Origin: an uncultured Candidatus Saccharibacteria bacterium
Lineage (GTDB): Bacteria > Patescibacteriota > Minisyncoccia > Phycocordibacterales > UBA918
DNA length: 35,211 bases
Reading direction: 5' to 3'
Assembly (NCBI GenBank): GCA_964423385.1
Contig: CAYRER010000004.1
Span: 1-35,211 of the forward strand
Positions 16,384 to 24,246 of this stretch are shown here, piece after piece (positions within the stretch are counted from its first letter, which is position 1; each line of letters opens with the position of its first letter). Below the pieces are notes generated by a model. It was not told where the DNA came from and made no database searches. It was given only the letters and a program-made list of their open reading frames with translations. Made by a program: the position numbers and the translations under genes.

Positions 16384-18570
16384 ATGGCAGAGAAGAAGAG
16401 AATACCAATCATAGTCGTCGGAACGGGGCACCATTTCCAGAGGAATCTCGCCCCGGCGCTCACGAAGCTCATCGAGCTCGGACTCATCGAGGTCATCACG
16501 ACCGTGGATATTCTCGTGCGCGGCGAGCAGCGTGACTTGGGTCACGTCGCACACGTGAAGCGGAACAACCGTCCGCTCCACGAGCAGCTTAAGGAGTACA
16601 AGAAGCTCGACCCCATTGTCATCCTCGGACACACGAATGGGCTTCATGCGAAGGATGCACACGACCTCCTCTCGCACGGCTTCCGGGTCATCGTCGAGAA
16701 GCCGTACGCTATCACGGCACAGTCGCTTGCAAAACTGGTGGGCGCTATAGATTCGGAGCGCACCGGTTTTCTCGAATACTATCTCGCAATGAAATCGGTC
16801 CCGCTCCTTCTCGGGTACGGGGAGGTGAGCCCGAAGAGCTTCTACCTCACCGAAAAGCTGATGAATCCAACCCGGCACTTCGCGAAGTATGCGAAGTCCG
16901 TCGCCGCGTTCAGAAGAATGCTCCCGAACATCATCGGTACCGTGACAAAGGTTGAGGTTGAGGTGCTGGAAGGGGAAGGTGAGACTGGAACACTGGAGCG
17001 CCGGGGTATCGACACCATTGACGTCCGCTTCGGCGGGGGCTCGATACAGGATATGGCCATCCACGCCATCGCGCCGGTTCTCGCTCTTGAGCGCACCATC
17101 GGGTCTCTCCCCGAGGATGTCTCGTACTCGGCACGTTCCGCACGGTGCGTTGAGTACGTGCGTATGGCCCGCAAACGCTTTGCGATTCCGCTTGAGCACA
17201 TCGGGGAGACATACGCCGAATTTTCATACGTGACAACAAAAGGAATTCCGGTGACTGCCCGTGTCGGAAAGTACGTTTTCGAGGATTACAACCGTCGGGG
17301 TCTCCGCATTACGGGGACAAAGGGTGAGGTCTATATGGACTGGAACTCCTGCACGCTCTATGTAAACGGCACGCCGATTCTCGAAATGGAGAAGAGCTAC
17401 TATCCGGTCGTCCGCGCCGCGATTGAAGGGCTCTCGAAGATGCCGCTCTTTGGGTTTGACGCCCTCGATGTCGCAGCCCGAGCACAGCAGGCGGTGTTTG
17501 ATGTTCAGAAGGCAGCGTACGCATTCAGCAGAGATGCGTACTATAACCGACACACGAATCCGGCTGACATCTTCTCTGAAGCGACCGCAGACTGCGGAGC
17601 AGAGATTCATGATGAAGTGCTCCGTCCGGAAGACGACCACAACGAGTGGCTCAAGATTATCGGAAAGGAGCTCCCCGAGTTTTTCCCGAAACGTGCACGG
17701 GAGCACGTCCGCTGTCCGGGGTGCGGCTCAGAGGAGGTTGAATCGGAGTTTCTCAAGCTCGGATTCATCTACAAGTGGTGCAAGGACTGCTTCTCTCTCT
17801 ACGCGTCACCGCGCCCGAGCGAGCGGGAGGTGGATGCTTTCTACCGGGATTCCGAAGCAATGCGCTTCTACGCCGAGAACATATTCAAGGCAACACTCGA
17901 TGCCCGGCGCGAGCACCAGATTGCACCGCTTGCACAGTGGGTGAAGAAGACGATGCCCGCACGCATGCCGAAGGGGGTCTCTGTCCTCGACTTCATGCCG
18001 AAGTTCTATTCCGTGTGGCCGGAAGTGCTCTCCCCGAAGCATCAGGCAAACGTGCTCCTCGTTGACCCGGTGCACCTCCACAAAGCGCCGGAGCCTGCGA
18101 CGGTCGGAAGTCTCACGGCAGCGAAGCGCCGAACGTACGATTTCATCACAGCGTTTGACGTCCTCGAACACCGGGCTGATCCCGACACAACCATCAAGAT
18201 GCTCTCCAAGCTCTGCAACAGCGGGGGTACGCTCTTTCTCACACTCAATGCCGGAGGCTTCGAGTACCAGGTTCTCGGACAGGACTCGCACCGGCTCGTG
18301 CCGCCAAGCAGGCTCAATCTCCTCACGGTAGAGGCGCTCGAACACCTCCTCACGAAGCACGGCTTTGAGCCCATCGACGTGACCTCGACCGGCAAGCTCG
18401 ATGTCGACATCGTACTCAAGGCGCTCGCAGAGGACCGTTCAACCTCGGTTGCCCGGTTCTTCTCGTACCTCCTCAAGAAGCGGGGCGCGGAGGTGAGCGA
18501 GTCGCTCCAGCAGTTTCTCCAGGAACACAAGCTGAGTTCATTCGTCCGCGTTGCGGCGAGGAAAAAGTAA
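16384..18570 (+). CDS. Fusion protein: N-terminal Gfo/Idh/MocA-type NAD(P) oxidoreductase, Cys4 zinc ribbon, and C-terminal class I methyltransferase-fold domain
   Basis: N-terminal region: IPIIVVGTGHHFQRNLAPAL and HGFRVIVEKPYAIT (EKP motif). Middle: CPGCGSEEV...WCKDCFSLYASPRP. C-terminal region: FITAFDVLEHRADPDTTIKMLSKLCNSGGTLFLTLN. The expected glycine-rich SAM motif I reads VLDFMPKFYS, so it is degenerate. Confidence 0.75.
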   Translation: MAEKKRIPIIVVGTGHHFQRNLAPALTKLIELGLIEVITTVDILVRGEQRDLGHVAHVKRNNRPLHEQLKEYKKLDPIVILGHTNGLHAKDAHDLLSHGFRVIVEKPYAITAQSLAKLVGAIDSERTGFLEYYLAMKSVPLLLGYGEVSPKSFYLTEKLMNPTRHFAKYAKSVAAFRRMLPNIIGTVTKVEVEVLEGEGETGTLERRGIDTIDVRFGGGSIQDMAIHAIAPVLALERTIGSLPEDVSYSARSARCVEYVRMARKRFAIPLEHIGETYAEFSYVTTKGIPVTARVGKYVFEDYNRRGLRITGTKGEVYMDWNSCTLYVNGTPILEMEKSYYPVVRAAIEGLSKMPLFGFDALDVAARAQQAVFDVQKAAYAFSRDAYYNRHTNPADIFSEATADCGAEIHDEVLRPEDDHNEWLKIIGKELPEFFPKRAREHVRCPGCGSEEVESEFLKLGFIYKWCKDCFSLYASPRPSEREVDAFYRDSEAMRFYAENIFKATLDARREHQIAPLAQWVKKTMPARMPKGVSVLDFMPKFYSVWPEVLSPKHQANVLLVDPVHLHKAPEPATVGSLTAAKRRTYDFITAFDVLEHRADPDTTIKMLSKLCNSGGTLFLTLNAGGFEYQVLGQDSHRLVPPSRLNLLTVEALEHLLTKHGFEPIDVTSTGKLDVDIVLKALAEDRSTSVARFFSYLLKKRGAEVSESLQQFLQEHKLSSFVRVAARKK

Positions 18571-18581
18571 GTATCCAAGGT

Positions 18582-19679
18582 ATGACACACCGGTTTACAG
18601 GGGAGAGCGAAGGCTACGTGCGGGTCTCGGAGGCATCGCTCCGGACGGTTACGGAATCCATCTTTATGCAGATGGGGGTACCCGAAGCGGACGCGCGCCT
18701 CGCAACCGACGTACTCGTCTCCTCTGACCTCCGGGGCATCGAGAGCCACGGTGTCTCCAACATGCTCCGCAAGTACGTGCGTGACTACCGGAACGGAAAG
18801 CTCAATCCGACGCCCGCGTGGCGCATCATCCGTGAGACCCCGTCAACGGCGAGCATTGATGCGGACGCTGGCCTCGGCCTCATCATCGCGCCTCGGGCGA
18901 TGGAGATTGCGATTCGGAAAGCACAGGAAGTCGGCATCGGCATGGTCACCATGAAGAATGTCGGGCACATGGGCATGGTTTCGTACTATCCGATGATGGC
19001 GCTCTCCCACGACATGATTGGCCTCGGCATGACCTCCTCGCCGCCCGAGGTTGTTCCGACCGGCGGGGCAGAGCCCCGACTCGGCACAAACCCGATTGCC
19101 CTCGCTGCTCCGGCAAACCGTCAGATTCCCTTTGTCTTTGATGCAGCTACGTCGGTTGTCTCAAACAACAAACTCGGCATCGCCCGCCGCCTCGGCGTGA
19201 AGCTGCCGCCGGGCTGGATTGCTGACGCCGAGGGTACTCCGCTCATGCGGGAAGCCGACCCGCCGCCGGAAGGCCGCGGCCGCGCGAACATGCTCCCGCT
19301 CGGGTCTGCACCGGAACTCAGCTCCCACAAGGGGTACGGTCTCGGGTGCGTCGTTGAGATTCTGAGTGGCATTCTCGCCGGCGGTGGATTCGGTGCAGCA
19401 GAACGGAAGACAGGATACTCACACATGGTCGCGGCATACCGCATCGATGCTTTCATGGATACCGGGGAGTTTAAGAACACAATGGACGAATGGCTCAAAG
19501 TCCTCAAGGAAACGAAACCTGCGAAGGGTGAGACGCGGGTACTCTATCCGGGCATTCTCGAGCAGGAATCCGAGGAGGAAAACAGAAAGAGGGGAATTCC
19601 GCTCCATCGAGAGACCGTGAAGTGGTTTTCAGATACCTGCAGTGAACTTGGCATTGAGGCGTCCGTCGAGGAAATATGA
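18582..19679 (+). CDS. Ldh_2 family (malate/L-lactate/sulfolactate/diketogulonate-type) NAD(P)H-dependent oxidoreductase
   Basis: DVLVSSDLRGIESHGV, GTNPIALAAP and SSHKGYGLG are typical Ldh_2 blocks. Confidence 0.8.
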   Translation: MTHRFTGESEGYVRVSEASLRTVTESIFMQMGVPEADARLATDVLVSSDLRGIESHGVSNMLRKYVRDYRNGKLNPTPAWRIIRETPSTASIDADAGLGLIIAPRAMEIAIRKAQEVGIGMVTMKNVGHMGMVSYYPMMALSHDMIGLGMTSSPPEVVPTGGAEPRLGTNPIALAAPANRQIPFVFDAATSVVSNNKLGIARRLGVKLPPGWIADAEGTPLMREADPPPEGRGRANMLPLGSAPELSSHKGYGLGCVVEILSGILAGGGFGAAERKTGYSHMVAAYRIDAFMDTGEFKNTMDEWLKVLKETKPAKGETRVLYPGILEQESEEENRKRGIPLHRETVKWFSDTCSELGIEASVEEI

Positions 19680-20413
19680 ATGATATAAGACAGTTTGCTG
19701 AAATTGCCGAGCACGCGGCGCGTGCCGCAGGAGCATTTCTTCGCGGACACCGGGCAACGCTCGTCGCAAGCTTCGGCAAAGATACAAAGATTGATGCCGA
19801 TATGCGGGCACATACGCTCATCGTCGAGCACCTTGCCCCCACTGGCATACCGGTGCTTTCCGAGGAGGGCGCTGAACACACGTTCACCGATGCGCGCATG
19901 TGGGTAGTAGATCCACTCGACGGGAGCATCAACTTCCTCCGCGGAATTCCAAATGCGGCGGTCTCGATAGCGCTCGTTGAGCGGGGAGAGCCGGTGTTCG
20001 GAGTCATCTACGATTTTATGCGGGATGAGCTCTACAGTGGTGTCGTCGGCGGCGGCGCACAGCTCAATGGGAAAGACATTTCTGTTTCCGATACCAGAGA
20101 CAAGCGGGAGGGCATCATCATGACCGGGTTCCCGTCGTACACCGACTACGCGCGCGAAGCTCTCGAGCAGTACATTGCGCTCGTACAGGGTTTTAAAAAG
20201 GTCCGCCTCATCGGCTCTGCCGCACTCTCGCTCGCGTACGTCGCTTCGGGAAAGGCGGATGCGTACTACGAGAAGGACATAAAGATCTGGGATGTCGCGG
20301 CGGGACTCGCGCTCGTCCGCGCCGCAGGCGGGAGCGTCACGGCGAGCGCCGTCGGTGAAGCGGGGAAGTGCACGGTCTTTGCCGGGAACGGAGCGATTGT
20401 TCTCGAGGGCTGA
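19676..20413 (+). CDS. Inositol monophosphatase family phosphatase (SuhB/CysQ-like; substrate unknown)
   Basis: VLSEEG, WVVDPLDGSINF and WDVAAG motifs are present. ATGA start/stop overlap with the upstream gene. Confidence 0.8.
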   Translation: MNDIRQFAEIAEHAARAAGAFLRGHRATLVASFGKDTKIDADMRAHTLIVEHLAPTGIPVLSEEGAEHTFTDARMWVVDPLDGSINFLRGIPNAAVSIALVERGEPVFGVIYDFMRDELYSGVVGGGAQLNGKDISVSDTRDKREGIIMTGFPSYTDYAREALEQYIALVQGFKKVRLIGSAALSLAYVASGKADAYYEKDIKIWDVAAGLALVRAAGGSVTASAVGEAGKCTVFAGNGAIVLEG

Positions 20414-20430
20414 GGGTACACACAAAGAAA

Positions 20431-20461
20431 GGCGCCCGTCCCAGAGACTGGGACGGGCGCC
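20431..20461. terminator. Perfect 14-bp GC-rich hairpin between convergent genes; the T-tract lies on the minus strand
   Basis: ggcgcccgtcccag / aga / ctgggacgggcgcc. The flanking cacaaagaaa reads as tttctttgtg on the minus strand. Confidence 0.6.
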
Positions 20462-20477
20462 GGTGTCAGAAGGAACA

Positions 20478-21503
20478 TCAGCTGGTGAGCGCGCTCACGA
20501 TGGCGTCCGCCGCCCCCGCAAACTTCTCGGGAGTGAGCACCGCTTCCTGCTGCGCTTTCATCGCCTGTGCGCCACCGTTCAGCAGCCCGTGCATTCCGAG
20601 CGAGAGGCCGTCGACATCACGGGTCTCCCTCGAGATGGAGATCCGGGCGGGTGGCCAGAAGGACAGTCCGCTCAGTTCTTCCCACCAGAGCACGTCGAGG
20701 GGGAGGATGTGGTCGATGACCGGCACCCGCTGACACCCCGCCATGAGCGTGATGGTCGATCCACTGCCCGTGACGGCGAGGTCGGCTGCGGCGAAGAGTT
20801 CCTGCGTGCTCAGCGAGATGCCGCTTTCGAGGAATCCCGCCGTGTGCGTCGACCAGCGAAGGACGCTCCGGTAGAGCTCTCGCGGGTGGTCGGCCCCGGG
20901 GTGTGCCGTGAAGAGGAGTCGGAGCGGCCTCTCGACACGTCGCGCTGCGAGCACTACGTCGGTGAACAACCCGACGTTCCTCTCGAGCTCCTTGGAGCCG
21001 GAGATGAGCACGAGCTTTTCTTCCGAGAGGCCGAGCCGACCGCGCACTACGTCGCGGTTTGCGGTCGCGAAGAACGTCGCCCAGTACGGGTTGCCCGAGG
21101 CCACGATGGTGGCTTCGGGACGTACGTACGTGCGGGCGACATCCCGCTCGGATTCGTCGGTGATGAAGAGCAGGTTCGCTCCCCGCACGACCTCCGCAGA
21201 CCAGGGGCGATGGTATGCCCCGTAGATGTCCGAAAAGACCGCGGTGTGTACGCCGAGGAGCTTCGCCTGGAGCGCCGCGTGGCGCTCCTCGACGACCCGG
21301 TCGGCCGACGACGAGATGCCGGTGAGGAGCCAGTCGGCTCCTTGGAGCGCCTCGTCGATTTTCTCGAGGCTCCCTTCGGGGAGGGGCTTGCCGTCTCCAA
21401 GGAAGCAGGATACGGTGCACCCAGGCTCCCGGAGGAGAGCATCCGCAACGATACGGAACGTGTTGCTCGGACCCGCATCGCGAGTTACGATGACGATTTT
21501 CAA
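20478..21503 (-). CDS. Hypothetical protein, GT-B-like two-Rossmann architecture (family not recognised)
   Basis: On the minus strand, AGGAGG (21509-21514) lies 5 nt upstream of a TTG start at 21503, giving MKIVIVTRDAGPSN. The ORF is open up to the ATG at 21563. The C-terminal LAVTGSGSTITLMAG resembles GT-B donor-site loops. Confidence 0.6.
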   Translation of the reverse strand: MKIVIVTRDAGPSNTFRIVADALLREPGCTVSCFLGDGKPLPEGSLEKIDEALQGADWLLTGISSSADRVVEERHAALQAKLLGVHTAVFSDIYGAYHRPWSAEVVRGANLLFITDESERDVARTYVRPEATIVASGNPYWATFFATANRDVVRGRLGLSEEKLVLISGSKELERNVGLFTDVVLAARRVERPLRLLFTAHPGADHPRELYRSVLRWSTHTAGFLESGISLSTQELFAAADLAVTGSGSTITLMAGCQRVPVIDHILPLDVLWWEELSGLSFWPPARISISRETRDVDGLSLGMHGLLNGGAQAMKAQQEAVLTPEKFAGAADAIVSALTS

Positions 21504-21670
21504 GAGAACCTCCTGGTAGGAACGAAAACCCCCCGTTTTTACGGATGGGGGAACTCGCAACATTCTATAACATTTGCACTATTCTGTCAACTGCCGGACA
21601 TCTCACAAAAGCTAGTGAATACGCTGTCTTTTGAGTGCCGCTTCTGGTACCATGGGGGCTCAATACCCGC

Positions 21671-23437
21671 ATGAGCATGAGAGAGAAACAAGCACTTGTC
21701 ATCTTTGGAGATGTCATCTCCAAAGACGGGAGACGCCTCATCCCGGTGCACGGGACAGTTATTGCGCCGCGCTCGCTCGAGGGTGAGGTTGCTGCGCTCG
21801 GCGGGGAGCACCGTCCCCTCGAGCCGTTCATTGAGCCGGGGAGCATCTACGAGGCGAGCGCGCTTGCTGGCGAACTCTCCCAACTCACGCTCCCAGACGG
21901 TACACCCGTCAGAAAGGCGTTCACCTTCAAGGGCTTCGACCTCTGGTGGCTCAACTACCAGAACCTGTTCACCCGCTTCTGTCTCCCATACACGCAGTAC
22001 CGGAAGCTCCTCGAGCATCTCAAGGATTTTGAGAGTGTCACTTTCGTAAACCCCCCGTTTGCGAGTCTCTTCTCGTGTTACCTGCGCGCACATGCCACAG
22101 GTGTGTCCGTTGTTCGCTCAAATCGGTCTGAAGCCCGGCAGAGACTGCCGCTTGGCATCATCGTACAGATGTTCCTCACGCTCCTCGCTGTACCGCTCGC
22201 GGCGGTACAGCGGAAGCCCATCATGGTTTCTACCGGTGACAAGTTTGAGACGGGGAGAGACTACGATTTCCGGATGCGGTTTGCGTACGAAGAACTCCGG
22301 CGCCGAGAGCTCCCCTTTGTCGAGTTTGTGCGTAGTCTCGAATCATCAAAAATGATACTTCAGCATGCGTGGAAGCGAAGACGGCCGGTCATCTACACAG
22401 AAGCAGTCACCTTCCTCGCCCGGTTTGTGAGCGTTGCCTTCGGCGGACACCGTCGCGCCCGGGCACGGTTCGGTGATCAGGTGTTTGCGGCAATTCAGAC
22501 TCCGAAGGATCGGTTTAAGTCGATTATTGGCGTGCAGTACCTACTCACCGCGTACGACGATATCATCGCAATACGCATCATGGAGTGGATTGTGCGGATT
22601 ATCGGTGTGAAGGCGGCGTTTGTTCCGGCGACAACAGAGCGTAACTTCCACACGGTTCTTGGGTGCAAGCTCGCGGGAGTACCTACGGTCGGCATACTCC
22701 ACGGCGCCGCATCCCGCAACTACAATCTCTACGAATTTACGCCAGGATTTGACGGAGAGAGGCGCCTTTCGGTCGACCGATACGGCGTGTGGAGTCAGTG
22801 GTGGAAGGAATATTTTGAGAAGTACGGGAATGCATATGCTCCGGAGCAGATATTTGTCTCTGGCCCTATGCGTCCGATTCAGAAGACGGGAACCATCCCC
22901 ACTGCATCACCAACTAATGATGGAAGAGTGAAGGTGCTCCTTGTCTCCGAAGTCGTTGCAATTCCAACCGAGGTGGTGCCGTATCTTGACACGCTCCTCG
23001 CAACTTCAGACTTTTCCGTACACATAAAATTCCGTGCAACGCACGATAGTTTCGAACAGTGGCTCATCGACAACCGACCGGATATTCTCGCAGCAGTCGG
23101 TTCGGCTCGCATCCTTAAGGGAACGATGCAGGAAGCGATTACGGTATGCGACGTCGTTGTCGGCTGTCAGAGCACCGGGGTTATTGAGGCGACGCTTCAA
23201 AACAAGCCGTTCGTCTTTTTCAGAACAAATAAATGGGGAGACTATTTTGATATGAAATCCTACGACCCGAGACATCACTTCTTTGCAGAGAACTCGGAAG
23301 AGCTTATACGCTTCATCCGTGAAGGGAAGGCAATTCCTCATTCAGTTCTTGAAACGCTCCGGGAGCGTTTCTTCGGTGACCCGTACAAGAACGGGAGTGC
23401 ATGGGTCATTGATGAGCTGGTGTCCATTCTTCATTAA
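21671..23437 (+). CDS. Hypothetical large protein (about 590 aa); its C-terminal half resembles GT-B capsule-type glycosyl- or phosphotransferases
   Basis: Long uninterrupted ORF with ordinary amino-acid composition. Segments VPTVGILHGAASRNYNLYEF, VKVLLVSE and DVVVGCQSTGVIEATLQNKPFVFF look like Rossmann beta-alpha units. The start is uncertain: ATG 21671, ATG 21677 or GTG 21635. Confidence 0.6.
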   Translation: MSMREKQALVIFGDVISKDGRRLIPVHGTVIAPRSLEGEVAALGGEHRPLEPFIEPGSIYEASALAGELSQLTLPDGTPVRKAFTFKGFDLWWLNYQNLFTRFCLPYTQYRKLLEHLKDFESVTFVNPPFASLFSCYLRAHATGVSVVRSNRSEARQRLPLGIIVQMFLTLLAVPLAAVQRKPIMVSTGDKFETGRDYDFRMRFAYEELRRRELPFVEFVRSLESSKMILQHAWKRRRPVIYTEAVTFLARFVSVAFGGHRRARARFGDQVFAAIQTPKDRFKSIIGVQYLLTAYDDIIAIRIMEWIVRIIGVKAAFVPATTERNFHTVLGCKLAGVPTVGILHGAASRNYNLYEFTPGFDGERRLSVDRYGVWSQWWKEYFEKYGNAYAPEQIFVSGPMRPIQKTGTIPTASPTNDGRVKVLLVSEVVAIPTEVVPYLDTLLATSDFSVHIKFRATHDSFEQWLIDNRPDILAAVGSARILKGTMQEAITVCDVVVGCQSTGVIEATLQNKPFVFFRTNKWGDYFDMKSYDPRHHFFAENSEELIRFIREGKAIPHSVLETLRERFFGDPYKNGSAWVIDELVSILH

Positions 23438-23501
23438 GGCTAACGTGATAAAGTACAACACTGCCTTCCAGGCAGCAATCTCGTAGTGGTATCATTTCCT
23501 T

Positions 23502-24245
23502 ATGAAAAGATTTATAAAGCAGATTGCGGAGATGACTGGCTATACTATAAGCCGCGTAAAAGAAAAGAATATCCAGTACGAGAATCAAATAACGAAGGAT
23601 AACTTCTTTGATCTTTATTTTGCACACGTTAACCCGGAGGAGTTCTTCTTTCTACAGGTAGGGGCAAATGACGGTAAGACAAATGACCCCATCTATCCGT
23701 ACGTAACACGTTATGGTCTCAAAGGCGTCGCGGTAGAGGTTCAACCGGAGGTCTTCCTGTCTCTTGAACAGACGTATCACGACTACCCCAAGGTAACATG
23801 CGTAAATGTCGCTATTGCTCGCCAGACCGGCAGTCTCCCGTTCTTTACCGTGAAGGATTCCGCAAAGACGAAGGAGAACTACTCTCGGATGACAGGAATC
23901 GCGTCTTTTAATAGGGACGTCATCAGACACACTATCAAGAACAAGTTGCCAAAAGGAGTCAATGTTGATGACTATATCCAAGAGTCAGCTGTTCAGACAC
24001 TCACACTCAATGACCTTGTACGCGAGTATGGTGTTACCAGAATTGATATGGTTCAGCTTGATTGCGAGGGGTATGATTATGAGATTATCAAGATGATTGA
24101 CTTTGAGAGATTCTCACCGAGTATAATAAATTTTGAAAGTAATCATCTGAGTGACCACGATCGTGAAGAATGCCAGGCAATGCTTGAAAGGCTAGGGTAT
24201 CGATGGTTTAGACACGGTATTGACACCTGTGCGTACAGAATCTGA
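23502..24245 (+). CDS. FkbM-family methyltransferase
   Basis: FFLQVGANDGKTNDPIYPY and MVQLDCEGYDYEIIK are the FkbM signature blocks. The gene is distinctly AT-richer than its neighbours. Confidence 0.8.
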   Translation: MKRFIKQIAEMTGYTISRVKEKNIQYENQITKDNFFDLYFAHVNPEEFFFLQVGANDGKTNDPIYPYVTRYGLKGVAVEVQPEVFLSLEQTYHDYPKVTCVNVAIARQTGSLPFFTVKDSAKTKENYSRMTGIASFNRDVIRHTIKNKLPKGVNVDDYIQESAVQTLTLNDLVREYGVTRIDMVQLDCEGYDYEIIKMIDFERFSPSIINFESNHLSDHDREECQAMLERLGYRWFRHGIDTCAYRI

Positions 24246-24246
24246 C

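Noticed and set aside
18582-19679. Interpreting the Ldh_2 enzyme as sulfolactate dehydrogenase (ComC) linked to the sat-cysC gene, that is, a coenzyme M or sulfolactate pathway.
   Set aside because: No ComA or ComB-type genes are present. PAPS is not the sulfur donor in that pathway. Ldh_2 substrate specificity cannot be read from motifs alone. I keep it only as a generic keto/hydroxy-acid dehydrogenase.
2544-19700. Other long antisense or out-of-frame track ORFs, for example 2544-3419 (+), 4772-5650 (+), 5202-5984 (-), 12101-12904 (-), 16261-17199 (-) and 19544-20425 (-); also 26329-27174 (-) and 33744-34502 (-), which lie outside this span.
   Set aside because: Each lies entirely within or opposite a gene carrying clear family motifs. 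Their compositions are skewed (Arg/Ser/Pro/Glu-rich), and none shows a recognisable domain. Such ORFs are typical of GC-rich DNA.
20292-21674. A 460-aa plus-strand ORF covering the whole 20.3-21.7 kb region.
   Set aside because: Its product is Arg/Gly/Pro/Glu-rich and low in complexity. It runs straight through the 14-bp terminator hairpin at 20431-20461 and overlaps the end of the IMPase gene. The minus-strand frame has ordinary composition and an AGGAGG - 5 nt - TTG start. I treat the plus-strand ORF as a GC-rich shadow ORF.
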